From Actinomycetota bacterium (GTDB taxonomy: Bacteria; Actinomycetota; Acidimicrobiia; Acidimicrobiales; Aldehydirespiratoraceae): DNA of 64,000 nucleotides. Positions 54,491 to 64,000 of this stretch are shown one piece after another; positions within the stretch are counted from its first letter, which is position 1; each line of letters opens with the position of its first letter. The notes below the pieces were generated by a model. That model had not been told where the DNA came from, did no database searches, and saw nothing but the letters and a program-made list of their open reading frames with translations. The translations under genes and the position numbers were made by a program. The stretch spans positions 1,462-65,461 of the forward strand of contig JBCCWI010000009.1 in the NCBI GenBank assembly GCA_039193795.1, written 5' to 3'.

Positions 54491-55396
54491 ATGCGACTGC
54501 TGAGCTACTCGATCGACGGCGACCACGGCTATGGCCTGCTCTCCGAAACGGGCGACGGGGTGGTCGACCTCGGACGACGTCTCGACGCCGACGACCTCGG
54601 TGCGCTCATCGCCGGCGATGGCCTGGACGCCGCTCGTGCGTTCGTCCGCGAACCCGCCGACCATGCACTCGCCGACGTCGTCTTCGAACGCCTGCTCCCC
54701 TCACCCGGCAAGATCTTCTGCATCGGCGTGAACTACGGCGGCCGGGCCCAGGAGTACGACGACCCGGCCGACGCCGCCTACCCCTCGGTCTTCGTGCGGT
54801 TCCCGCACTCGTTCACCGGGCACCAGCAGCCCGTGATCCGGCCACCCGAGAGCCCCCAGCTCGACTACGAGGGCGAGATCGTCGTCGTCGTCGGCCCCCA
54901 TCCCGACGGAAACGCCGGTCGCCGGATCCCGATGACCGAGGCTCGCTCGCACATCGCCGGCGTCTCGCTCGGCAACGAGGGCACGATCCGCGACTGGGTC
55001 CGTCATGCGAAGTTCAACGTCACCCAGGGAAAGAACTGGCCCGACACCGGTTCGATCGGGCCATGGCTCGTGCCGATCGACGAGATCCCCCCATTCGACG
55101 AGCTCCGGATCCAGACCCACGTCAACGGCGAGCTGCGTCAAGACGACAGCCCGGCGACGATGAAGTACTCCATCGAGTACCAGATCCACTACCTGTCCAC
55201 GTTCTGTGAGCTCCAGCCCGGCGATGTGATCTTCACCGGCACGCCGACCGGCGCCGGCGCCCGCTTCGACCCGCCGATCTGGCTGACGCCGGGCGACGTG
55301 GTCGAGGTCTCGGTGCCCGAGATCGGCACCCTCCGCAACCCGGTCGCCGACGAGTTCGACGGCCCGACCGAAATCGTGGCGCCGGAGAAGCAGTGA
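54491..55396 (+). CDS. Fumarylacetoacetate hydrolase family protein (HpaG-like isomerase/decarboxylase)
   Basis: 301 aa with the FAH-fold pattern (KIFCIGVNY, LDYEGEIVVVVG, GDVIFTGTP). Confidence 0.85.
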   Translation: MRLLSYSIDGDHGYGLLSETGDGVVDLGRRLDADDLGALIAGDGLDAARAFVREPADHALADVVFERLLPSPGKIFCIGVNYGGRAQEYDDPADAAYPSVFVRFPHSFTGHQQPVIRPPESPQLDYEGEIVVVVGPHPDGNAGRRIPMTEARSHIAGVSLGNEGTIRDWVRHAKFNVTQGKNWPDTGSIGPWLVPIDEIPPFDELRIQTHVNGELRQDDSPATMKYSIEYQIHYLSTFCELQPGDVIFTGTPTGAGARFDPPIWLTPGDVVEVSVPEIGTLRNPVADEFDGPTEIVAPEKQ

Positions 55397-55860
55397 GTGC
55401 CGAGTCGCTCCCGATGCGGCCGTTCTCGGCGTCGTTGCCGATGGCGCTACTGCTCGCCCGCGAGTCGACGATGCGCCGATTCCGTCCGCTGCTCGCCGAG
55501 CACGGCCTCACCGAGCAACAGTGGCGCGTGCTCCGGGCGCTCGCCTCGACCGACGACCCGATCGAGGTCTCGGTGCTCGCCGACCGCACTGCGCTGCTGG
55601 CTCCGTCGGTCACCCGCATCGTCGCCCGCCTCGCCGACGACGGGCTGCTACGCCGCGACCGAGTGGCCGGTGACGCCCGACGTTCGGAGCTTGCGCTCAC
55701 GTCCAGGGGCCACCGGCTCGTCGCCCACATCGCGCCCGCCTCTGAAGCGGCCTACGCCGACATCGAGACCGCTTTCGGTGCCGACCGTCTCGCAGCGCTC
55801 CTCACCGAACTCCACGATCTGGTTGCCTTGGTTGAGCCGCACATCGAGGAGGCGGCCTGA
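55393..55860 (+). CDS. hpaR: MarR family regulator (HpaR-like)
   Basis: 155 aa with LTEQQWRVLRAL...VTRIVARLADDGLLRRDRVAGDARR. Location inside the hpa-like cluster supports the call. Confidence 0.7.
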   Translation: MSAESLPMRPFSASLPMALLLARESTMRRFRPLLAEHGLTEQQWRVLRALASTDDPIEVSVLADRTALLAPSVTRIVARLADDGLLRRDRVAGDARRSELALTSRGHRLVAHIAPASEAAYADIETAFGADRLAALLTELHDLVALVEPHIEEAA

Positions 55861-56270
55861 TGTGGCATCGCTTCATGCTGGAATCATGGACAGAGGCCGC
55901 ACGCCATCGTCTCGACGCTGATGTGGTCGCCTCGGTTCCTGCCCGTGCCGCCCAGCTCAAAGAGGGTGTGCCAGAACCCGGACCCATTCTCCCGTTCTTC
56001 GGGTATGTCCTCGTTATCCACAGCGACAGCATCGACGTGCACCGCTATCGGTGGCCGGAAGGACGAAAGGGTCGGCACCTCGGTCGCAGAGTCGACCGAC
56101 TCGCGATCCACGACGTCACATACATCCGCAGCGGTCGAACGCTCGCAGGCCCTCGCGGCACCGTGCTGACGGTCGCTGGTACCGCTTGGTTCATCCACGG
56201 GAGCTACGAGCGCGACCTTCACTCCGCACTCCGTTCACTCGGCCATGCCGGTGCCGTGGAGGAGCTGTGA
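55860..56270 (+). CDS. Hypothetical protein with atypical codon usage
   Basis: 136 aa. Its start overlaps the hpaR stop (TGATG) and its stop overlaps the next GTG (GTGA). It has visibly more A/T-ending codons than its neighbours. Confidence 0.45.
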   Translation: MWHRFMLESWTEAARHRLDADVVASVPARAAQLKEGVPEPGPILPFFGYVLVIHSDSIDVHRYRWPEGRKGRHLGRRVDRLAIHDVTYIRSGRTLAGPRGTVLTVAGTAWFIHGSYERDLHSALRSLGHAGAVEEL

Positions 56271-57079
56271 CCATCACCCTCACCACCGAACAGATCACCG
56301 CCGAGGCCGCCCTCCTCGACGAGGCGGAACGCTCGCGGACACAGATGCGCCAGACGACGTCGGTGTATCCCGACATGACGATGGACGACGCCTACGCGAT
56401 CCAGAACGCCTGGCTCGACATCAAGACCGCCCGTGGTGAGGCGATCGTCGGTCACAAGATCGGGCTCACCTCGCGGGCGATGCAGGCGGCGATGAAGATC
56501 GACACACCCGACTCGGGCTTCCTCACCGCCGACATGGTCTTCGAACCGAACGCCGCGATCGAGGCCGCCCGATTCACCGACCTCAAGCTCGAGATCGAGC
56601 TCGCGTTCGTCCTCGCCGCCGACCTCGCCGGCCCTGATCTCACGATCGACGACGTCCTCGACGCCACCGAGTACGTCACCCCGTCGGTCGAACTGATCGC
56701 CGCCCGGTCCTTCCGCGTCGACCCGGAGACGGGTCGCACCCGAACGGTGCTCGACACGATCTCCGACAACGCGGCCGACGCCGGGATCGTGTGCGGCGGC
56801 CGGCCGGTGGCGCCGAGAGAGCTCGACCTCCGTTGGGTCGGCGCGATGGGGAGCCGCAACGGTGTGATCGAAGAGACCGGACTCGCCGGAGGCGTCCTCG
56901 GCCACCCGGCGAACGGCATCGTGTGGTTGGCCCGTCGCTACGCCGAGCAGGGACTCACCCTCGAGGCCGGCCAGACGATCCTGGCCGGATCGTTCACCCG
57001 GCCGATCGACATCGCCGCCGGCGACGAGTTCCACTTCGACTACGGCGATCTGGGATCCTTCGGCCTGGAGTTCACGTGA
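56267..57079 (+). CDS. hpaH: 2-oxo-hept-4-ene-1,7-dioate hydratase
   Basis: GTG at 56267. About 270 aa with MDDAYAIQ...GHKIGLTS...EIELAFVL, the hydratase/decarboxylase (MhpD/HpaH) pattern. Confidence 0.8.
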   Translation: MTITLTTEQITAEAALLDEAERSRTQMRQTTSVYPDMTMDDAYAIQNAWLDIKTARGEAIVGHKIGLTSRAMQAAMKIDTPDSGFLTADMVFEPNAAIEAARFTDLKLEIELAFVLAADLAGPDLTIDDVLDATEYVTPSVELIAARSFRVDPETGRTRTVLDTISDNAADAGIVCGGRPVAPRELDLRWVGAMGSRNGVIEETGLAGGVLGHPANGIVWLARRYAEQGLTLEAGQTILAGSFTRPIDIAAGDEFHFDYGDLGSFGLEFT

Positions 57080-58353
57080 GCCGCAGCTACCACCAGGAAC
57101 GGGGCGAGACCCCACCGCCACCGGTCGGATGTCCGGTGCATGAGACGTGGAGCCCGCTCAACGACGACTATCTCGCCGAGCCCTACGAGATCGCCAAACA
57201 GCTCCAGGCCGACCACCCGACCTTCTACAGCGAACAACTCGGCTACCTCGTCGTCACGGAGATGGACGAGATCGACCGCATCTTCACCGACCACGAGACC
57301 TTCGCTTCGGTCAACGTGCAGGACCCGGTGTTCCCGCTCACCGACGCCACCCTCGCCGTGCTCGGAGCCCCCGACTACAACCCGGTCGCGGTCATGTCCA
57401 ACCGTCCCGAACCCGACCACGGACGCATCCGCACCTACACCCGGCTCGGGTTCTCGAACAAGCGGATCAAGACCCTCGAGCCCTACATCCGCCGCCGCAG
57501 CCACGAGTTGATCGACGCGATGATCGATGCCGGTTCACCGACCGAGTTCGTCGAGGCGTTCGGCTTCCCACTCCCGGGCGAGACCGTCTTCCGTTTCATC
57601 GGATTCCCCGAAGCCGACGACGAGAAGCTGAAGGTGTGGTGCGCGGAACGCAAGGGCTTCTCGTGGGGCAAGCCGACCGCCGACGAACAGACCCGCATCG
57701 CGGAGGACATGGTCAGCTACTGGCGCTACTGCCGCGAGTTCGTCGCCGAGAAACGCGAGCACCGGGGCGACGACCTCGCATCGGAGCTGATCACCGCCCA
57801 CGAGGACAACCCCGACGACATGACCTATCAGGAGGTCGAGTCGATCATCTACGGCCTCTCCTTCGCGGGCCACGAAGCGGTCACCGCGCTGATCTGCAAC
57901 ACCCTGCAGTGCCTGCTGCCCCGCCGTAACCAGTGGAACGAGATCTGCGCCGACCCGCGACTGATCCCCAACGCGATCGACGAGGTGCTGCGATTCAACT
58001 CGTCGCAGATCTCGTGGCGTCGCGTGACCACCACCGACACCACGGTCAGCGGGTTCGACGTACCCGCCGGCACGGGGATCTTCCTCAACTTCGCGTCGGC
58101 GCACCGCCAGACCGACATCTGGGACGACCCCGACACCTTCGACATCCACCGTCCCAACGCCAACCGCCACATCGCGTTCGGCAAGGGCGTGCACTACTGC
58201 CTCGGCGCCAAGTTCGCGAAGTACGAGACCCAGCTGATGACCGAGGTTCTGGCCGAGCGGCTGCCGTCGCTGCGCCTGGTCGATCAGGAGTTCGAGTACT
58301 TCCCGAACATCACCTTCCGAGGACCGGAACAGCTCCACGTAGCCTGGGACTGA
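57076..58353 (+). CDS. Cytochrome P450
   Basis: GTG at 57076 (GTGA overlap). [14 protein letters not shown] heme loop and EVLRF (ExxR) motif. Confidence 0.85.
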   Translation: MSRSYHQERGETPPPPVGCPVHETWSPLNDDYLAEPYEIAKQLQADHPTFYSEQLGYLVVTEMDEIDRIFTDHETFASVNVQDPVFPLTDATLAVLGAPDYNPVAVMSNRPEPDHGRIRTYTRLGFSNKRIKTLEPYIRRRSHELIDAMIDAGSPTEFVEAFGFPLPGETVFRFIGFPEADDEKLKVWCAERKGFSWGKPTADEQTRIAEDMVSYWRYCREFVAEKREHRGDDLASELITAHEDNPDDMTYQEVESIIYGLSFAGHEAVTALICNTLQCLLPRRNQWNEICADPRLIPNAIDEVLRFNSSQISWRRVTTTDTTVSGFDVPAGTGIFLNFASAHRQTDIWDDPDTFDIHRPNANRHIAFGKGVHYCLGAKFAKYETQLMTEVLAERLPSLRLVDQEFEYFPNITFRGPEQLHVAWD

Positions 58354-59774
58354 TGTCCGTCCCCTCCCCTGCCGTCGTCGATGCGCTGCGCGCTGCGCTC
58401 GATGCGCACGCCGTCCTCACCGGCGACGAGGCCGAAGCGTTCCTGCTCGATCAACGCCAGGGTCGGATCGCCGACGAGGCGGTGGTCGTGCGACCCGCCG
58501 ACGTCGCCGGGGTGGCCGAGACGGTGCGGGTCTGCAGCGAACACCGTGTCGCCGTCGTCCCGCAGGGAGGCAACACCGGCCTGTCGCTCGGCACCCTCGT
58601 GCCCGACGACCGTCCCGCGATCGTGCTGTCACTCGCGCGCCTCAACCGGATCGAGTCGATCGACCCCGATCGCTGGACGATCACCGCGCAGGCCGGCGTG
58701 ACCATCGAGGCGATCCAGCAGGCGGCCCGTGGCGTCGACCGGATCTTCGCACCCGACTGGGGGGCACGCGGCACCGCGACGATCGGCGGTGCGATCTCGA
58801 CCGATGCGGGCGGCAACAACGTGCTGCGCTACGGCAACACCCGCGACAACGTCATGGGCATCGAAGCCGTGCTCGCCGACGGATCGGTGTGGGACGGCCG
58901 GCGCGCCCTCGTGAAGGACTCCTCGGGCTATGACCTCAAGCACCTGTTCATCGGCGGCGAGGGGACGCTCGGCGTCGTGACCTCCGCCGTGCTCAAGCTC
59001 CATCCCGCCACACCGTACGAGACCTCGCTGATGGCCGCGATCCCGGGGCTCGATTCGTTGGCTCCACTCATCGAACTGGCCCACCTGCATGCGCCCGGCG
59101 CGGTGACCGCGTTCGAGCTGGTCCCCGACGTGGCGATGACCCGAGTGGTCGACGTCTTCGGGGTGACCAAACCGATCGACGCCGGAACCGAGTACTCCAT
59201 CCTCGTGAAGCTGGCCGCCGCCAACCCGGTCGACGACCAGATCACCGCGTTCCTCGGCGCCGGTGCGGACGCTGGGTTGTTGGTCGACGCGGTCGTCGCC
59301 GGCACCCCGGAGCAGGAAGCCAACCTGTGGGCGATGCGGGACCACTGCTCACCGACCCAGTGCTGGGTCGAGTTCCAGACCCATGGCCTCAAGCTCGACA
59401 CCGCCGTGCCCGTCGACCGCATCGCCGAGTACATCGAGTCGATGGCTGCGGCCGCCGCCCGGATCGCGCCGATGGCGATCACCTACGGCTTCGGCCATGT
59501 CGGCGACGGCAACATCCACCTGTGGGTGCTGCCGGTCACCGACGACGCGGTCGAGCCGTTCCTCGCCGTCCGCGACGAGATGACCGCCGAGGCCGATCGG
59601 CTCGTGTTCTCGCTCGGCGGAACCCTGTCGGCCGAACACGGCGTCGGGCGGCTGCTCCGGGATCGGGTGGGACCTCAGAAGCCGGCGATCGAGTGGGAGC
59701 TGATGCGCTCGGTCAAGCGGGCGCTCGATCCTCAGGACCTGTTCAACCCCGGCGCGCTGTTGCCGCCCGCCTGA
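58353..59774 (+). CDS. FAD-linked oxidase (GlcD/D-lactate dehydrogenase-like)
   Basis: ATG at 58353 (TGATG overlap). FAD_binding_4 pattern VVRPADVAGVAETVRVCSEHRVAVVPQGGNTGL and C-terminal SAEHGVG. Confidence 0.85.
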   Translation: MSVPSPAVVDALRAALDAHAVLTGDEAEAFLLDQRQGRIADEAVVVRPADVAGVAETVRVCSEHRVAVVPQGGNTGLSLGTLVPDDRPAIVLSLARLNRIESIDPDRWTITAQAGVTIEAIQQAARGVDRIFAPDWGARGTATIGGAISTDAGGNNVLRYGNTRDNVMGIEAVLADGSVWDGRRALVKDSSGYDLKHLFIGGEGTLGVVTSAVLKLHPATPYETSLMAAIPGLDSLAPLIELAHLHAPGAVTAFELVPDVAMTRVVDVFGVTKPIDAGTEYSILVKLAAANPVDDQITAFLGAGADAGLLVDAVVAGTPEQEANLWAMRDHCSPTQCWVEFQTHGLKLDTAVPVDRIAEYIESMAAAAARIAPMAITYGFGHVGDGNIHLWVLPVTDDAVEPFLAVRDEMTAEADRLVFSLGGTLSAEHGVGRLLRDRVGPQKPAIEWELMRSVKRALDPQDLFNPGALLPPA

Positions 59775-59841
59775 CCGGGCGATCGGCCGACCGGTCGTCG
59801 GTGACCGCCGCCACCGTGTCGTCGCGCGGCCGTGGACACCA

Positions 59842-61263
59842 TCACCGAGACGACTGACCGGCCACGGCACGGTCCCGCGCCGACCCGGACGGGTAGGTGA
59901 GCGCGACCGACACGGCGGCGAGCAGATAGCCGACCACGACGAACACATAGGCCCGCTGGATGCCGGCGAGGGTGGTGACGTCGCCGGCGCTCTCGACCAG
60001 CGACACGGCCAGGGTGACGCCGAGGCCGGTCGCCGCCTGACGCAGGGTGTTGATCGTCGCACCCGCGACACCGAATCGTGCGGGCGGCACGTCGGCGATC
60101 CCGGCGGAGCTCCAGGTCGAGACGGTCATACCCACCCCGATCCCGAGCAGCAGGCTGAGGGGCACGTACTGCGTCCACGGCTCGGCGGTCTCGTCGAACG
60201 TCACGAGGTAGAGCACGTAGGCGAACGCGCTGGCGAGACAACCACCGGTGAGGATCCACCGATGCCCGACCCGGTCGGCCCATCGACCGACGATCGACGA
60301 CGTGACCGCGGCCAGGATCGGCGAGGGGGCGAACACGAGGCCGACCTCTCGGACCGGAAGGTCCCACACGTCCTGCAACATCAGCGAGCTGGCCAACGCA
60401 CCACCGACGAAGGCGAGACCGTAGAAGGTCGAGCCGATGTTGGCGCTGGTGAACGACCGGAAGCCGAAGAGCTGGAGATCGATCAGGGGCTCGGGATGGG
60501 TCCGGCTTCTCCCGACGAGCAGCACGGCGAGCACGACGGCGGCGACGATCAGGCCGATCACCCGCGGATCGAGCGCACCCCAGGCGTCGGACTGGGTGAT
60601 GGCGAACATCGCCGCGCCGACCGCAAGGGTGCCGAAGGCGACGCCGGTCCAGTCGATACGACCGGTCGCATCGGGATCCCGCGATTCGCTGAGGAATCGG
60701 GGGCCGAGCACCAGCGCGAGGACGCAGAGCGGCACGTTGACCCAGAAGATCCCGCGCCAGGAGAACGCGTCGATCAACAGCGAGCCGACCACCGGGCCGA
60801 CGACGGCACCGAGCGCACCGGCGGCGCCCGAGATCCCGATCGGGGTCGAGCGTCGGGTCGGCGGAAACTCCGGCAGCATCACCGCGAAGCCCGCCGCCAT
60901 CGTGACCGAACCGCCGATCCCTTGCACGACCCGAGCGGCGATGAGCCAGCCCGTCCCGGGAGCGAGCGCGCAGAACATCGATCCGACGGCGAAGATCGCC
61001 ACGCCCGGCAGGTAGACCCGCCGGCGTCCGATGCTGTCGGCCAGGCGGCCCGAAGCCATCAGCAGCGCGGCGACGACGAGGTTGTACGCACCGATCACCC
61101 AACTGAGCTGGGTGTCGCTGGCGTCGAGATCCTCGCGGATCGACGGGAACGCGACGTTGACGCTGGTGACGTTGATGACGGCGAGGAACACCACCCGCGT
61201 CGAGACGAACAGCGCCCACCACGCACGCGTGGGGATGGTCTCGTCGACGGGGGACTCGGTCAC
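59842..61263 (-). CDS. MFS transporter, DHA2 (14-TMS) type
   Basis: 473 aa, polytopic, with a GRLADSIGRRRVY motif A. Confidence 0.85.
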   Translation of the reverse strand: MTESPVDETIPTRAWWALFVSTRVVFLAVINVTSVNVAFPSIREDLDASDTQLSWVIGAYNLVVAALLMASGRLADSIGRRRVYLPGVAIFAVGSMFCALAPGTGWLIAARVVQGIGGSVTMAAGFAVMLPEFPPTRRSTPIGISGAAGALGAVVGPVVGSLLIDAFSWRGIFWVNVPLCVLALVLGPRFLSESRDPDATGRIDWTGVAFGTLAVGAAMFAITQSDAWGALDPRVIGLIVAAVVLAVLLVGRSRTHPEPLIDLQLFGFRSFTSANIGSTFYGLAFVGGALASSLMLQDVWDLPVREVGLVFAPSPILAAVTSSIVGRWADRVGHRWILTGGCLASAFAYVLYLVTFDETAEPWTQYVPLSLLLGIGVGMTVSTWSSAGIADVPPARFGVAGATINTLRQAATGLGVTLAVSLVESAGDVTTLAGIQRAYVFVVVGYLLAAVSVALTYPSGSARDRAVAGQSSR

Positions 61264-61344
61264 CCGGCGACCCTACGGGCAATCACGCCGTCACCGAGAC
61301 ACGGCGCATCATGCGGTGGTCGGCCGGTGACCCGCCGCGGGGAC

Positions 61345-63051
61345 CTAGGTCCGGTCCGGTTCGAGGTTCTCCGCCGCGGCGCCGGGCACATCGGATTCGT
61401 CCCAATAGCCGATGAAGATCCCGTCGATCGCGTCGTCGCCTTCGGCTGGGGGTCCGCCGCTGGTCCCGGGTCGACGGGTGACTTCGTTGCTGCGTTCTCG
61501 GTACCACGTGAACATCCGCTCGTGCAGCTCCGTGCGAACGGATCCGAGCGCCGGGTCATCGTGTCGATCGATGAGCTCGTCGGGGTCGTCCTCGAGGTCG
61601 AAGAGCAGGTTCGGTCCCGTCTCGGAGAGGATGTACTTGTAGCGATCGGTTCGCACCATCGTCGCTCGTCTGGTCTCCCGCGGCCCGGGCGGCAACTCGT
61701 GCACCATCTCGAGGAGACTGAACTCCGACTGACACACGGCTGCTTCGCGGCCCTCACCGTGCGCATGCAGGGTCGGCTCGAGTGACCGGCCCTCGAGCCA
61801 GTGGTTCGACCCTGCGTCGCCACCGAGGGCGTCGACGAAGGTCGGTGCCAGATCGATCGCTTCGACGAGCGTCGAGGACGTGGTGCCGCGTGTCGGTCGT
61901 GCCTCCGGCCGAGGGTCGACGACGATGAGCGGCACCCGCACGATCTCCTCATGGAGCCAGTCTTTTTCGCCCATCCAGTGATCGCCCATGTAGTCGCCGT
62001 GATCCGAGGTGAGCACGACCATCGTGTCGTCGGACCGGCCCAAGTCGTCGAGGGCGGCGAAGAGCCGCCCCAGGTGATCGTCGAGTTGTTTCACGAGACC
62101 GAGGTAGGCGGGGTACACGGCCCGACGGACGTCGTCGCGTGCGAAGGTCGCACCGATCCGACAGCGATGGAACGCCCGCACCACCGGATGATCGGTCTCG
62201 AGTTCACGATCGGACCGATTGGGAGCAGGGAGATCGTTGGGGTGAACGAGGTCGTGGTACGGCGCGGACACGACGTAGGGCCAGTGCGGCTTGATGTAGG
62301 AGAGATGGAGGCACCAACGGTCGTCACCGGCATCGCGGATGAAGCGAATGGCGTGGTCGGTCATGTACGCCGTCTCGGAGAGCTCATCGGGAACCACCGC
62401 CGCGTAGGGCGACGCCTCCAGCAACCAGCCGGAGATGCGACGGCCGTCCGGCCCGACCACGGAGTTCGCGACACTGTGCCAGGGGTTGTCTCCGCCGAAA
62501 CCGTGGTCTCGCAGAAAGCGGTTGTAGGCATGGTCGAATCGACGCGGACTCGACGACGGCATCAGACCGTCGTCGCGCACGACCGGCTCGAAGCCACACT
62601 CGTTGATCACCGCCGTGGCGGGGTCCGCAGGGTCGAGCCGCAGCCGGTCGAGTCCGCTGTGGTCGACGGCCATGTGGGTCTTCCCCACGAGGGCGCTGCG
62701 TACGCCGAGCGGCCGAAGGTGGTCGCCGATCGTGGCCTCGCCCACCGGGAGGGGCACGCTGTTGTACCGGCTTCCGTGGGACTGGACGTAGCGGCCGGTG
62801 TAGGTGCTCATACGCGACGAGCCGCAGACCGAACCCTGGACGAACGCCCGGTCGAAACGCACACCCCGGGCCGCGAGCGCATCGAGGTTCGGGGTGTCGA
62901 GCACGCCACCCGCGCAGGAGAGGGCGTCGTGGCGAAGCTGATCACACATGATGAAGAGCACATTGCGAACCGGCGCAGGCACGCCACGACGGTAATCGCT
63001 CCGGGCGGTGAGGCCGCGAGCGGGCTCCCGGTCGTGCGCGTGCTCCGTCAC
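61345..63051 (-). CDS. Sulfatase family (alkaline-phosphatase superfamily) hydrolase
   Basis: 568 aa with NVLFIMCDQLRHD, VCGSSRMSTYTG (variant of C-x-P-x-R) and LTSDHGDYMGDH motifs. Confidence 0.85.
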   Translation of the reverse strand: MTEHAHDREPARGLTARSDYRRGVPAPVRNVLFIMCDQLRHDALSCAGGVLDTPNLDALAARGVRFDRAFVQGSVCGSSRMSTYTGRYVQSHGSRYNSVPLPVGEATIGDHLRPLGVRSALVGKTHMAVDHSGLDRLRLDPADPATAVINECGFEPVVRDDGLMPSSSPRRFDHAYNRFLRDHGFGGDNPWHSVANSVVGPDGRRISGWLLEASPYAAVVPDELSETAYMTDHAIRFIRDAGDDRWCLHLSYIKPHWPYVVSAPYHDLVHPNDLPAPNRSDRELETDHPVVRAFHRCRIGATFARDDVRRAVYPAYLGLVKQLDDHLGRLFAALDDLGRSDDTMVVLTSDHGDYMGDHWMGEKDWLHEEIVRVPLIVVDPRPEARPTRGTTSSTLVEAIDLAPTFVDALGGDAGSNHWLEGRSLEPTLHAHGEGREAAVCQSEFSLLEMVHELPPGPRETRRATMVRTDRYKYILSETGPNLLFDLEDDPDELIDRHDDPALGSVRTELHERMFTWYRERSNEVTRRPGTSGGPPAEGDDAIDGIFIGYWDESDVPGAAAENLEPDRT

Positions 63052-63109
63052 GAACGACGCAGGCGATTCGGCGCGGCCTCGGCCGGTGCGGGTCGGCGCA
63101 CCCGGCTGA

Positions 63110-64000
63110 TCAGCTCGACGGCGTGATCAGCCGCTTCTCGCCGGTGGCCTGGGCCGAGTACGCCCTGGCGACGTCGGGGTCGAGCACGTCGTCGAGCGAG
63201 ATCGTCCCGGCGTAGCCCGACGCGAAGGTCGTCGTGATCTCGGCCGCGACACGAGCCTGGAGCTCGCCCATCCGTTCGAACCCGACCCGGCCGAGGAACG
63301 GGGTGAGCAGCCACCCGCCGACGCCCCACGACATCCCGTACGTGCGCTTGAGCGGGGTGACCGACCGGTCGAGCCCACCGTAGATGTAGACCTGCTTGTG
63401 GGTGTCGGAGCCGTAGCGGTTGAAGGCCTGACCAGCCGACGAGGCCCGCTCCATGCAGGCGAGGATGGTGTCGACCTGCTCACCACCGCCGATGGCGTCG
63501 AACGCGATGGTCGCACCGGTCTCGGTGAGCGCAGCGGTGAGGTCGTCGGCGAACGACTCGGCCGACGACACGACGACGTGTTGCGCCCCTGCCGACCGCA
63601 GCAGATCAGCCTGCGCTTCGCGTCGCACGATGTTGACGAGCGAGATGCCGTCCGCCTGACACAGCCGATTGAGCATCTGGCCGAGGTTCGATGCGGCGGC
63701 GGTGTGCACGAGTGCGGTGTGGCCCTCGAGGCGCATCGTCTCGGTCATCCCGAGCGCGGTCAGCGGATTGACGAACGACGAGGCGGCATCGGCCGCGGCG
63801 ACGCCGTCGGGGACCGGGAGACACATGACGTGGGACAGCTTCGTGTGGGTGGCGTACATCGAGCCGCTGACGCCCGAGACGGTCGTCCCGAGCAGCGCCT
63901 GGGCGCCCTCGGACGACCCGGCCGCGACGACGGTCCCCGCACCCTCGTTCCCGCACGGCATCGGCTGGTCGACGCGAGCGGCGTTGGCCGCGACCGCCGC
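63110..64000 (-). CDS. Medium-chain dehydrogenase/reductase (quinone oxidoreductase-like), 5' end outside the window
   Basis: The ORF is open to the window edge. PCGNEGAGTVVA and a Rossmann region ALVHTAAASNLGQM. Confidence 0.75.
   Translation of the reverse strand, partial: AAVAANAARVDQPMPCGNEGAGTVVAAGSSEGAQALLGTTVSGVSGSMYATHTKLSHVMCLPVPDGVAAADAASSFVNPLTALGMTETMRLEGHTALVHTAAASNLGQMLNRLCQADGISLVNIVRREAQADLLRSAGAQHVVVSSAESFADDLTAALTETGATIAFDAIGGGEQVDTILACMERASSAGQAFNRYGSDTHKQVYIYGGLDRSVTPLKRTYGMSWGVGGWLLTPFLGRVGFERMGELQARVAAEITTTFASGYAGTISLDDVLDPDVARAYSAQATGEKRLITPSS

Noticed and set aside
1-64000. CRISPR arrays, IS elements, integrases, prophage or known defence systems, tRNA/rRNA genes
   Set aside because: I saw no direct-repeat/spacer arrays, no transposase, recombinase or phage-like ORFs, and no tRNA-like or rRNA-like low-GC structured segments in either strand. 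The window reads as core or accessory metabolism.

Overview
High-GC, actinobacterial-type chromosomal segment; an Acidimicrobiia-like origin is only a guess. It is densely packed with about 60 protein genes, many joined by ATGA/GTGA/TGATG start-stop overlaps. I recognised no rRNA, tRNA, CRISPR array, transposase, integrase, phage gene or known defence module.

Gene content, in window order:
- A three-subunit Mo-hydroxylase cluster (676-4315).
- An S9 peptidase.
- A SET-domain gene coupled to a DMT exporter.
- MFS and DMT transporters and an M24 peptidase.
- GNAT, YceI and DinB genes.
- Two acyl-CoA dehydrogenases with a P450 and a TetR regulator.
- A redoxin / alpha-beta-fold / PEP-utilising-enzyme operon (22970-26316).
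- A second Mo-hydroxylase cluster with a fused Fe-S and Mo subunit, under a TetR regulator with three phased palindromes.
- A MarR-controlled split B12 acyl-CoA mutase with MeaB, SDR, crotonase, FMN-dehydrogenase and TauD genes (31081-37883).
- An NAD-type formate dehydrogenase operon (37887-42544).
- proS, an SLH-domain protein, an IclR regulator and an HtrA protease.
- A homoprotocatechuate-like meta-cleavage cluster with a P450 and an FAD oxidase (51315-59774).
- An MFS transporter, a sulfatase and a partial MDR dehydrogenase.

Most interesting observations:
1. The supplied ORF track breaks two reading frames at in-frame TGA codons. Both TGAs sit exactly where the protein family has its catalytic Cys/Sec.
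   - The formate dehydrogenase reads CNRT-U-HAPSVVGL.
   - A PRXL2/AhpC-TSA_2-like redoxin reads FLRHHG-U-LFPRE, with hairpins directly downstream of the TGA.
   - Together they argue that this organism uses selenocysteine and that the redoxin is a candidate selenoprotein.
2. The formate dehydrogenase catalytic polypeptide is split at the FS0/Mo-domain junction. The two halves are encoded in permuted order around a fused NuoE-NuoF gene.
3. The gene that would be annotated as methylmalonyl-CoA mutase carries the Phe/Gln signature of isobutyryl-CoA-mutase-type enzymes.

All calls come from reading the sequence and the ORF translations by eye. No searches or folding programs were run.
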